Origin: Spirochaetia bacterium
GTDB lineage: Bacteria; Spirochaetota; Spirochaetia; G963692905
Length of the DNA: 64,000 nt
Reading direction: 5' to 3'
Assembly: GCA_963692905.1 (NCBI GenBank)
Contig: OY843583.1
Location: 1,407,883-1,471,882 of the forward strand
The position numbers and the translations under genes are program-made. Below the pieces are notes generated by a model. That model was not told where the DNA came from. It saw only the letters and a list, made by a program, of their open reading frames with translations, and did no database searches. Every line of letters starts with the position of its first letter. Within the stretch, counting starts at the first letter, position 1. Of this stretch, positions 17,501-26,005 are shown in pieces.

Positions 17501-18628
17501 GTGGCCAAGAGAGACTATTACGATGTTCTCGGGGTCAGTAAGAGTGCCACCAATGATGAAGTAAAACGAGCCTATCGTAAAATAGCGGTTGCCAATCATC
17601 CCGACCGTAATCCTAGCAATAAAGAGGCCGAGGATCGCTTTAAGGAGGCCACCGAGGCCTATGAGATATTGGCGGATGAAAAGCGCCGAAAAACCTATGA
17701 TCAATTTGGCTTTGCTGGCCTAGAGGGAATGGAGGGCGCGAATGGCTTCTCCGGTTTTGAGCATGCCTTTCGAGATTTTGGTGATATATTCGGTGGCTTT
17801 TCCAGTGTCTTTGAATCAATCTTTGGAGGGCGTAGCTCCAGTACCCAGCGCAGCAGCGGTCGCCAGGGAAGTGACCTGCGCTATAATGCCACCATCACCC
17901 TTGAGGAGGCTATCCTAGGAAGGGAGTTAGAGATTAGCTATCCTCGTCTAGCGCCCTGCAACAGCTGTAATGGCACTGGTGCCCGAGATAGTGGAGGATC
18001 TACCACCTGCCCCAGTTGCGGTGGGAGGGGACAGATACGCCGCAGCTCAGGCTTTTTTACCTTGGCTACTACCTGTGAACAGTGCCATGGTGAGGGCTAT
18101 GTGATTAAGAATCCTTGTATTAGCTGTCGCGGTACGGGACGCACCCATAAAACTAATAAATTAATTGTACACATACCAGCCGGCATAGATGATGGGCAAA
18201 GTATAAGCCTCAGTGGACAGGGCAACATGGGAGCCGGGGGCGGCCGTCCTGGCGATCTCATTGTGGTAGTGCGAATCAAGTCACATCAATACTATGAGCG
18301 ACATGGCAGAGATATCTATTGCGCAGCGTCGGTCAGCTATACGCAGGCGACGCTTGGTAGCACCCTCTCACTACCTGTTATAGGAGGAAGGCGGGTAAAA
18401 ATTCGTATCTCTTCTGGTACACCCAACGGACATCTACTGCGGCTGCGTGGTGAGGGGGCACCGCGGCTGCGTTCTGGTCAGCATCGCGGCGATCTCTATG
18501 TAAGAATTCAGGTGGTGGTCCCTCATTCATTACGCTCAAAGGAACGCGCATTACTTGAGCAGCTAAGCGCTGTAGAACAGCATTCTGGTCGTGCCGAGCT
18601 CTTTCCCCTCTCCGATCTGGAGAAATAG
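17501..18628 (+). CDS. dnaJ: Co-chaperone DnaJ
   Basis: J domain with HPD (HPDRNP), G/F region and four CxxCxGxG zinc motifs. GTG start abuts the dnaK stop. Confidence 0.95.
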   Translation: MAKRDYYDVLGVSKSATNDEVKRAYRKIAVANHPDRNPSNKEAEDRFKEATEAYEILADEKRRKTYDQFGFAGLEGMEGANGFSGFEHAFRDFGDIFGGFSSVFESIFGGRSSSTQRSSGRQGSDLRYNATITLEEAILGRELEISYPRLAPCNSCNGTGARDSGGSTTCPSCGGRGQIRRSSGFFTLATTCEQCHGEGYVIKNPCISCRGTGRTHKTNKLIVHIPAGIDDGQSISLSGQGNMGAGGGRPGDLIVVVRIKSHQYYERHGRDIYCAASVSYTQATLGSTLSLPVIGGRRVKIRISSGTPNGHLLRLRGEGAPRLRSGQHRGDLYVRIQVVVPHSLRSKERALLEQLSAVEQHSGRAELFPLSDLEK

Positions 18629-18642
18629 CCCAATCTATAATT

Positions 18643-19395
18643 ATGGCGGCTAGCGCGCCATCCTCACCGCGGCGGGGCCGCGCTATCTTTTGGGGACTCC
18701 ATGCGGTAGAGCATGCATTACGAAGCGGTCGCTACCGCGGAGAGGAGCTGTATCTCTCGATTGATAGAAGGGCAGATCCATTGCGTATGCTGGCGCAGAG
18801 CGAAGGATTGGCGACCCATCAAGTAAGCGCTCTGCAGCTCAAGAAACTTGAGCCCCGCGCTCGTCAGGCGCTCCTTTTCTGCCGACCTCTTGCCGGCGAA
18901 CCATCCACGTTGCGTCAGATTGTGGCCCAGGAGGAGGCGCAAGAGCATTCACTTATCCTCCTCTGTGATGGAATTACCGATCTTCACAACATCGGTGCTA
19001 TTATTCGAAGTGCGTACCATTTTCGAGTTGCGGCGGTAGTATTAGCCAGTCATCATACTCCTAGGGATTGGGCGCAGATAGCCTATGCATCTACCGGATC
19101 CTGTTTTCATCTCTCGTTAATACCCCATCAAAATATTGCGAACTCACTCAGGATGCTACAGGAGCATAACTACTGGGTCATCGGCGCGGACATGATGGGA
19201 GAATCACTCCAGCAAGTCTCTCTCACCTATTCGCATGTAGCGTTGGTAGTGGGTGATGAGGAGCGAGGGATCCGACAGCTTACTCGTACACATTGTGACA
19301 AAATTATTAGTATCCCGGGCGACAACCGAGAATCGCTTAATGTTTCGGTAGCTACCGCAATCCTTCTCTATGAACTGCGCCGCCCTCATCTATAG
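18643..19395 (+). CDS. SpoU/TrmH-family RNA 2'-O-methyltransferase (RlmB-like)
   Basis: Motifs DGITDLHNIGAIIRSA, VVGDEERGI and SLNVSVATAILLYE. Confidence 0.8.
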   Translation: MAASAPSSPRRGRAIFWGLHAVEHALRSGRYRGEELYLSIDRRADPLRMLAQSEGLATHQVSALQLKKLEPRARQALLFCRPLAGEPSTLRQIVAQEEAQEHSLILLCDGITDLHNIGAIIRSAYHFRVAAVVLASHHTPRDWAQIAYASTGSCFHLSLIPHQNIANSLRMLQEHNYWVIGADMMGESLQQVSLTYSHVALVVGDEERGIRQLTRTHCDKIISIPGDNRESLNVSVATAILLYELRRPHL

Positions 19396-20279
19396 ATATG
19401 CATTTTTCTCCTCTTTTCCAGGATCATGGTTACTAGTGGCGTGCGCGCCACAAAGCCTATATCGCGGTAAAGATGGCGAGCCACGCTATTCTCTTCCCTT
19501 ACAAAGAGACATACCTTTCGCTGTTGTTGGAGAATAATGGCAATGAGCGCGCCAACCACCGCCCGCGCAATATGTTGATTACGAAAGGAGAGATCGGTGT
19601 AGACCCCACCTATCTGCTCGTAGATAAAGCCCCGCCCATTGGTAGAGGCCTTAGCGATTATCTGGTCGCGGTGCAGCGCCACCACGCATCTGTGTCTATT
19701 TAGCGTATACCGTACCTCCCGCGCTACTGTCTGATAGCTTAGGTTAGCATCTCTCAGGTAGACCTCTTCGTAGAGATACAGGGTATGCAGCTTGATAAGC
19801 GCCTCTCTATCGCGCGGGGTAGCCAGGCGTATGGTTATCTTTGGATCTACGAAGGATCGAGCCGGAGCATGGTGCAGTTGATAGGTATAAAGGCGATAGC
19901 GATTTAGCTGTATCACAGCCTGGCGATAGGGTGAAAGATCGCTCAACAGACTGCGGCAATCGGCCACCCCACCCATAAGCCCCAACTGCGGAGATAGCCA
20001 CGCCGTGCGCAAGCTCTTTATTATCTGCTTCCTAGCGGCGCGGTCAGCTATATTCGCGTAGCCTAGGGGGTAGAGTAGTCTATTGGCAGTATGGAGAAGC
20101 AGCGCCCCTACCTGATCATAATCCCGCCAGGCCAACAGATGGCCAAGGGGGCGCCGCCTCGGCCCTGGGGCACTCTGCTGATCAATCCAATCGCTGATTG
20201 CCACCGCTCGCCACTCTTGAGGGAGTAAAAATTGCTGCGTCTCCCCGGCCATTGGCGATAAGGCTTTCCAATCTCCCAT
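19386..20279 (-). CDS. GNAT-family N-acetyltransferase with an N-terminal extension
   Basis: C-terminal acetyl-CoA binding-like segment (RNQHIARAVVGALI...LFVREENSVARHLYRDIGF). Confidence 0.6.
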   Translation of the reverse strand: MGDWKALSPMAGETQQFLLPQEWRAVAISDWIDQQSAPGPRRRPLGHLLAWRDYDQVGALLLHTANRLLYPLGYANIADRAARKQIIKSLRTAWLSPQLGLMGGVADCRSLLSDLSPYRQAVIQLNRYRLYTYQLHHAPARSFVDPKITIRLATPRDREALIKLHTLYLYEEVYLRDANLSYQTVAREVRYTLNRHRCVVALHRDQIIAKASTNGRGFIYEQIGGVYTDLSFRNQHIARAVVGALIAIILQQQRKVCLFVREENSVARHLYRDIGFVARTPLVTMILEKRRKMHIYR

Positions 20280-20355
20280 ACTTGTACCTATTGTATAGAC
20301 ATTTTTATGCTTGCTGTAGTAGGGGTTATACTATATCTAGTATGATAGAGGTGTT

Positions 20356-21873
20356 ATGCAAAGTAGCGCTAGCGAACCCATTGCAGTAATTGGTGCCGGT
20401 TTTGCCGGTCTCTCTGCTGCCAGTTTTTTAGCCAAGGCGGGGCATAGAGTAGTGGTAATTGATCGGCTGGCCAAAGTGGGCGGTCGGGCACAGGTGTTAC
20501 GACGCCAGGGCTTCCGTTTTGATATGGGCCCCAGTTGGTATCTGATGCCGGAAGAGCATGATAGATGGTTTCGCGCATTGGGACATCGCCGAGAAGACTA
20601 TTATCAACTGCGGCGTCTAGATCCCAATTATCACGTCTTCTTTGATGATGCCAATTATAGTGTGCCAGCGCAGGCCGCACAGCTCTACGAACTTTTTGAG
20701 AAGATAGAGGCGGGCGCCGGCAAAACGCTACAGCGCTATCTAGAGACGTGTCGCTCCCGCTATGAATTAGCTATGCAGCATTTTATTTATCACCAATATT
20801 CCTCGCCTCTACAGATGCTTAACCGTGCCACCCTGTTGCATCTCCGTCGGTTGGCAATTTTCTCTACCTATCGCCAGGTAGTAGAGCGCAGTTTTCATCA
20901 TCCCTATCTACAGAAAATATTAAGCTATCCGGCGGTTTTTTTGGGATCCGACCCTCGCCATACCCCCGGTGTATATACCCTAATGAATTGGGTAGATTTT
21001 GGTTTGGGCTCCTGGTATCCACAAGGGGGCTTTGGCAAGGTAGTACAGAGTATGCGACAGGTAGCCGAAGCTCTCGGAGTCCGCTTTCTTTTGCAAAGAG
21101 AGTGTGTAGCATTGAGAGAAGAGGGAAGGCGCATTCGCGCTCTACAGATGCAGCCCACCTCATCAGTGGAAAGCCCATTATCAGCCCAGGGACCAGAGGA
21201 GATGGCAGTAGCGGCGGTAGTTGCCTCTGCCGATTACCATCATGTAGAGATGCAACTACTAGCTCCTAGGATGCGGCAGCATAACCGGCGCTATTGGCAA
21301 CAACGCCGTTTGGCGCCATCAGCGTGCAATTTTTATATTGGGTTAGATTGCCGTCTAGTGCAGGGAGCGCATCATACCTTCTTCTTTGATGCCCCATGGC
21401 AGGAGCATCTTGAGGCGGTTTATCGCCGTCCCCGTCATATTGATAATCCTCTCTTTTACCTCCATGTGCCCTCTATCAGCGATACAACCTGTGCTCCGCC
21501 GGGTGGGGAGGCGCTCTTTGCGCTTATCCCATTGGCTGCGGGATTGGAGGATAACCAGCAGATCCGAGAGCGCTATTTGGCCATTCTAAGCCAACGGATT
21601 GCCCAACATACAGGGTGCGATATCCAAGCCCATCTTCGTTTTGTAGAGAGTTATTCCACCAATGATTATCAGAGAGATTTTAACGCTTTACGCGGGAATG
21701 CCTTTGGGCTGGGGCATACCTTTTGGCAGACTGCCGCCTTTCGCCCCCCCAACCGTTCGCCGCGAGTAAAAAATCTCTACTATTGCGGACAGTATACTGT
21801 TCCAGGTACTGGTACCACCATGAGTATGATCTCCGGAGAGCTTACCGCCTCCCGAGTTATGATGGAAGATTAG
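20356..21873 (+). CDS. Phytoene desaturase-family FAD oxidoreductase (CrtI-like)
   Basis: Dinucleotide fold VIGAGFAGLSAA, C-terminal YYCGQYTVPGTGTTMSMISG. Confidence 0.8.
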   Translation: MQSSASEPIAVIGAGFAGLSAASFLAKAGHRVVVIDRLAKVGGRAQVLRRQGFRFDMGPSWYLMPEEHDRWFRALGHRREDYYQLRRLDPNYHVFFDDANYSVPAQAAQLYELFEKIEAGAGKTLQRYLETCRSRYELAMQHFIYHQYSSPLQMLNRATLLHLRRLAIFSTYRQVVERSFHHPYLQKILSYPAVFLGSDPRHTPGVYTLMNWVDFGLGSWYPQGGFGKVVQSMRQVAEALGVRFLLQRECVALREEGRRIRALQMQPTSSVESPLSAQGPEEMAVAAVVASADYHHVEMQLLAPRMRQHNRRYWQQRRLAPSACNFYIGLDCRLVQGAHHTFFFDAPWQEHLEAVYRRPRHIDNPLFYLHVPSISDTTCAPPGGEALFALIPLAAGLEDNQQIRERYLAILSQRIAQHTGCDIQAHLRFVESYSTNDYQRDFNALRGNAFGLGHTFWQTAAFRPPNRSPRVKNLYYCGQYTVPGTGTTMSMISGELTASRVMMED

Positions 21874-21878
21874 AGATA

Positions 21879-22844
21879 TCATTGAGAGAGAGACACTAGA
21901 AAAGAGCGGATATGCGCGGCTATCTCTTTATAGTCATCTGGCGAGTACCAAGAGACGTTATGAAACTTACGAAAAAAGGTATGTTGTCGTTTGGTATATT
22001 GCATTGTGGCGCGAATGATCTCTTGCCGAATGGTATCTCGCGTGGCCGGATCAGTATAATTGCGTAGTGTACCATCGCTGTTGAAAAATTGCCGATAGCC
22101 GATAGTTCGTAGGGCTGCATCTGTTGGCGCGTAACCTAACTGGAGAAGATAATCTAGCTCCTTAAGTAGGCCCGATTGAAACATGCTGCTAACCCGCGCA
22201 GTTACCCGCTCCCGCAGTTCAGAGGCGGTGCGGGAAAGCCCTATTAAGAGAAGATTCCAATCGCGGCGAGGCTCAGTCCCTAGTGGATAATGAGAGGGAG
22301 GCTGACCACCGGCCGCCATAATTTCCAGCGCCCGCAGGATGCGGTAGCGATCTTGTGGGGCGAAACGCGCTGCATAGTGGGCATCATAGCTGGCCAATTC
22401 CTGATAGAGAGTCGCCAACCCCTCGCTCTTCAGCCGCTGCTGGAGCGCCTGCCGTATTTCTGGGTCAGCTGGCGGGGTCTGAGGGAGCCCGCACAATAAG
22501 CGCCACAGATAATAGCCGCAGCCCCCAGAGACTATCGGAAGCCGACCTCTATTATGCAGTTGCGCTATTATCTTCTCTGATAGCTGCACAAAATTAGCTA
22601 CAGTATATTGGCAATTAGGCGGAAAAAAATTGACCAGATGATGAGGAACCTGGCTGCAAAGCTCTGCAGTAGGCGCCGCACTCCCAATTTTTAAATATCG
22701 ATAACACTGCGCCGAATCGGCTACTAGCACCTCTGCCGAATGCAGCAACCCCTCCTTATAGAGCTGCGCAATAAGATCACTCTTGCCCACCGCGGTCGGG
22801 CCTATGAGAAAGAGTACTGGAGAGGACTGGCGGCTCTCAGACAA
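21879..22844 (-). CDS. miaA: tRNA dimethylallyltransferase
   Basis: P-loop GPTAVGKS plus MiaA-typical core. Confidence 0.9.
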   Translation of the reverse strand: MSESRQSSPVLFLIGPTAVGKSDLIAQLYKEGLLHSAEVLVADSAQCYRYLKIGSAAPTAELCSQVPHHLVNFFPPNCQYTVANFVQLSEKIIAQLHNRGRLPIVSGGCGYYLWRLLCGLPQTPPADPEIRQALQQRLKSEGLATLYQELASYDAHYAARFAPQDRYRILRALEIMAAGGQPPSHYPLGTEPRRDWNLLLIGLSRTASELRERVTARVSSMFQSGLLKELDYLLQLGYAPTDAALRTIGYRQFFNSDGTLRNYTDPATRDTIRQEIIRATMQYTKRQHTFFRKFHNVSWYSPDDYKEIAAHIRSFLVSLSQ

Positions 22845-22874
22845 GGGGAGAGAATAAGGGAGGCTTTGGCGACA

Positions 22875-23072
22875 TTAGCCCTCTAGTTGATAATGTACGG
22901 TTTTGGTCAGCACCTGACGAATGGCGGCCACCACCGGCTTCAGCCCCTCATCTTCGGCCTCTTCGTCTGCCTCGCCACTCATAGTAATTTGATAAGCCCT
23001 ACGGGTCATTGCTGCGCTGAGTCCATAGGCATTATCAGTGTTGTCATTCAATAGTGCTAAGGGAAGTGCCAT
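22875..23072 (-). CDS. Hypothetical 65-aa acidic protein
   Basis: ORF preceded by TTGACA-17-TATTAT (23093-23121 on the minus strand) with the ATG a few nt after the -10 box. No recognisable family. Confidence 0.35.
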   Translation of the reverse strand: MALPLALLNDNTDNAYGLSAAMTRRAYQITMSGEADEEAEDEGLKPVVAAIRQVLTKTVHYQLEG

Positions 23073-23103
23073 GTTGCATATAATAGTCTCGGTTATTAAT
23101 TAT

Positions 23104-23214
23104 GTCAAGGCATTTGTAAAAGAATGTAAAAGAAAGTTGAAAATGTCACTGCTCCTCCAGATATACTGGAGGAGCAGTGAACACAGCGATATTTTCTATT
23201 AGTACCAAAGAGGT
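23104..23214 (-). repeat. Conserved intergenic element E1 with a 12-bp perfect hairpin
   Basis: CTGCTCCTCCAG-ATATA-CTGGAGGAGCAG (23149-23177) plus flanks. Shared with 62761-62896. Confidence 0.7.
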
Positions 23215-23340
23215 ATGATATTTGCCAGCCGGTATCCGGCTTGCCACAGGAACGACCTCAGCGAAAGATGAGGCAGAGCGCAGCGGGGCAACCCTTAGGC
23301 ATATGAGGAGGCTCTTTATGCAGCGGGAAAGAGGGGGAGA

Positions 23341-23532
23341 GATCAACTCTCTCTTTATTTTTTACAAATTCTCCATTTCACTTGCCATTACATATCCAAT
23401 AGGGTATACATATACTTATGGTAATGCACCAGTTGGCTATATTGCGCTATGCGGAGGGAAGCTATGCTCCTCTCCTTAGCTATAGTTCATTAGGTGCCTA
23501 CCAAATAAATATAAATAAGGAGGATTATAGTA
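23341..23532 (+). promoter_or_regulatory. Shared promoter plus roughly 150-nt structured leader of the lipoprotein family (copy L1)
   Basis: TTGCCA-17-TATACA. Conserved block TGCGCTATGCGGAGGGAAGCTATGCTCCTCTCC..TAGCTATAGT with a hairpin. RBS AAGGAGGA before the ATG at 23533. Confidence 0.55.
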
Positions 23533-23600
23533 ATGATATTACATAATCCAATTTCTTTCCTTTTAGGAGAGAAAGAGACAGCAAGCGCTCTTAAGACTTG

Positions 23601-23650
<50 letters not shown>

Positions 23651-23743
23651 AGCTCTCTTAATACTTGCCAGAGAGAGAACCACGTTTCCCCGCATTCCCC
23701 GCTTAAGGGGAGGGTACTGTGGGGCACCCTAGGGGCTGCCGGG

Positions 23744-25123
23744 GTGGTATTGGCGGCCCTGGTGGTATTGGTAGCCTGTCCGGCTACCCCTAGTCCCGGT
23801 CCGGGATTGGCCTCTGTCACAGAGGTGGCAGCGGCTCACGGGCACAGTTGCGCCCGGTTGGAGGGTGGCAGCCTCAAATGTTGGGGAGACAATGGCTTTG
23901 GCCAGCTAGGTCAGGGTCATACCCGCACCCTAGGCGATAGCACCACTGATGGGGTGGCTACTATCCCGGCTATTGATCTAGGCACTGGTCGAAGCGCCAC
24001 TCAGATAGTAGCCAATGGAGGTCAATATACAATTAGTGGAGTTAATACTGAAGTAGGTCACAGTTGCGCCCTCCTGGATAATGGGAGTGTCAAGTGTTGG
24101 GGAAATAACGCTTTTGGCCAGCTAGGGCTGGGTGATACCGATACTCGAGGCGATGAGTCCGGTGAGATGGGCAATAGCCTCCCAGCTATTGATCTAGGAA
24201 GCGGCCAAACTGCTACCCGGCTAGCTGCAAGTGGCAGTCACAGCTGCGCTCTCTTGGATAATGGGAATGTCAAGTGTTGGGGAAATAACGCTTTTGGCCA
24301 GCTAGGTCAGGGTCATACCCGCACCCTAGGCGATAGCACCACTGATGAAGTGGCTACTATCCCAGCTATTGATCTAGGAGGCGGCCGCACCGCCACCCAG
24401 ATAGCCACAGGTAGCCTTCACAGCTGCGCCCTCCTGAATAATGGGAGTGTCAAATGTTGGGGATGGAACACAGCTGGCCAGCTAGGTCAGGGTCATACCC
24501 GCACCCTAGGCGATAGCACCACTGATGAAGTGGCTACTATCCCAGCTATTGATCTAGGAGGCGGCCGCACCGCCACCCAGATAGCCACAGGTAGCCTTCA
24601 CAGCTGCGCCCTCCTGAATAATGGGAGTGTCAAATGTTGGGGAAATAACGGTTTTGGCCGGCTAGGTCTGGGCGATACCGATCATCGAGGCAATGAGCCC
24701 AATGAAATGGGCGATAGTCTCCCAGCTATTGATCTAGGAGGCGGCCGAACTGCTACCCAGATAGCTATAAGTGTCAGGCACAGCTGCGCCCTTTTGGATA
24801 ATGGGAGTGTCAAGTGTTGGGGATTTAACAATAGGGGCCAGCTAGGTCAGGGTCATAACCGTACCCTAGGCGATGGGCCCAATGAGATGGGCGATAATCT
24901 CCCAGCTATTGATCTAGGCACTGGCCGAACTGCTACCCAGATAGCTGCAGGTTCCACTCACAACTGCGCTCTCCTGGATAATCGGAGAGTCAAATGTTGG
25001 GGATGGAACGCAGGTGGCCAGTTAGGTCTGGGCGATACCAATGATCGAGGCGATGAGCCCGGCGATGAGCCCAATGAGATGGGCGATAATCTCCCCTTTG
25101 TTGATCTGCGGGCTTCCCGTTAG
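23744..25123 (+). CDS. RCC1-repeat (beta-propeller) surface lipoprotein. The likely true start is ATG 23533, which is out of frame through the AG tract.
   Basis: Lipobox LVAC. Seven or more RCC1 blades ([23 protein letters not shown]). Conserved in-frame residues upstream of the GTG (SPHSPLKGRVLWGTLGAAG). Confidence 0.8.
   Translation: MVLAALVVLVACPATPSPGPGLASVTEVAAAHGHSCARLEGGSLKCWGDNGFGQLGQGHTRTLGDSTTDGVATIPAIDLGTGRSATQIVANGGQYTISGVNTEVGHSCALLDNGSVKCWGNNAFGQLGLGDTDTRGDESGEMGNSLPAIDLGSGQTATRLAASGSHSCALLDNGNVKCWGNNAFGQLGQGHTRTLGDSTTDEVATIPAIDLGGGRTATQIATGSLHSCALLNNGSVKCWGWNTAGQLGQGHTRTLGDSTTDEVATIPAIDLGGGRTATQIATGSLHSCALLNNGSVKCWGNNGFGRLGLGDTDHRGNEPNEMGDSLPAIDLGGGRTATQIAISVRHSCALLDNGSVKCWGFNNRGQLGQGHNRTLGDGPNEMGDNLPAIDLGTGRTATQIAAGSTHNCALLDNRRVKCWGWNAGGQLGLGDTNDRGDEPGDEPNEMGDNLPFVDLRASR
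24295..24643 (+). repeat. Perfect tandem duplication (period 180 bp) of one RCC1 blade
   Basis: 24295-24463 is identical to 24475-24643. Confidence 0.95.
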
Positions 25124-25261
25124 CCGAGATGAGAAAACCCATTGAGTTGGATTAGGGAGCGGTTTCATCCGCTCCCGCTCTCTATTAGTGTGCAATCATC
25201 ATCGACCGCATGCCGGTATTGGGTATCGTAGCGTTGCGAACAGTTAGAAGAATCGGTATGC

Positions 25262-25315
25262 TTCAGGGCCAGGCCGGGTGGCGTAACAATTATTATAGGT
25301 AGTGATGTTGTACAA
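25262..25315 (+). repeat. Repeat core copy R4 (short form)
   Basis: TTCAGGGCCAGGCCGGGTGGCGTAACAATTATTATAGGTAGTGATGTTGTACAA, then 4 nt, then TTGACT. Confidence 0.8.
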
Positions 25316-25319
25316 ATGC

Positions 25320-25348
25320 TTGACTCTCGCGCCGTTTTTCGCTATAAT
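25320..25348 (+). promoter_or_regulatory. Sigma70-like promoter giving a (near-)leaderless transcript
   Basis: TTGACT, 17-nt spacer, TATAAT. The ATG lies 7 nt after the -10 box. Confidence 0.55.
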
Positions 25349-25355
25349 ACAGTTT

Positions 25356-25718
25356 ATGAAAATTTTTCGTATTATAATTTTAGTTTTGGGCATTCTGTTG
25401 TCCATACAGGGAATCATCGGCACGGTTGTCGACATATCCGGGGGCATCCTTGAGTTCTCCAGCATTGCAATTGAGAGCATATTCAGCGCGATTTCTGCTC
25501 TGCTTATCGTGATTGTGTTGGCCGGCCGGATGCAGGCGAGCCGGTTCGGGCAGCTGGTCGCGGCGGTCGTCTCGGTTTCCTTCTTTATGAACATCATACT
25601 GGCGCTGGGCTTCGCAGTCGGTATGCTTGAGCAGGGCAACCCCAATCTTGTGTGGTTCATACCCTTGGTTCCCGCCGTAATTCAATCGCTCTTTTTGATT
25701 TACTATCTGCGATCCTAG
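25356..25718 (+). CDS. Small integral membrane protein (about 4 TM helices), unknown family
   Basis: Hydrophobic helices throughout. Start chosen at the ATG just after the predicted transcription start. Confidence 0.5.
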   Translation: MKIFRIIILVLGILLSIQGIIGTVVDISGGILEFSSIAIESIFSAISALLIVIVLAGRMQASRFGQLVAAVVSVSFFMNIILALGFAVGMLEQGNPNLVWFIPLVPAVIQSLFLIYYLRS

Positions 25719-26005
25719 TGTTGCGCGGGGAAGAAACCGAATTCCTACACAGACAGTCTCATTCTGCACCGATTTTCCAAGAACTGTGACTTCTGTTTTG
25801 TCAGCCGTGCAGATATACTGGTGTTTCAGAAACAGTTGAACAATGAGCCACGGAAGGTATTGGGGGTTTTCGGACACCTTATAAGGTGTTCTTAAAGATA
25901 CTGGAATCTACTCCGGAGAGTCGGAGTGGTGTATTTGTATATTTAATCCACTCTCTACATAAAATATCTGTTACGCTCCCTTATCCTACTCTTTAGCTTA
26001 GCAGC

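Noticed and set aside
24295-24643. Possible CRISPR-like repeat array
   Set aside because: The repeats are 169-180 bp, contiguous, in frame and encode RCC1 blades. There is no spacer structure.
25380-25877. 165-aa minus-strand ORF
   Set aside because: It is mostly antisense to the hydrophobic membrane-protein ORF, which has a near-consensus promoter. Its composition is typical of a shadow ORF.
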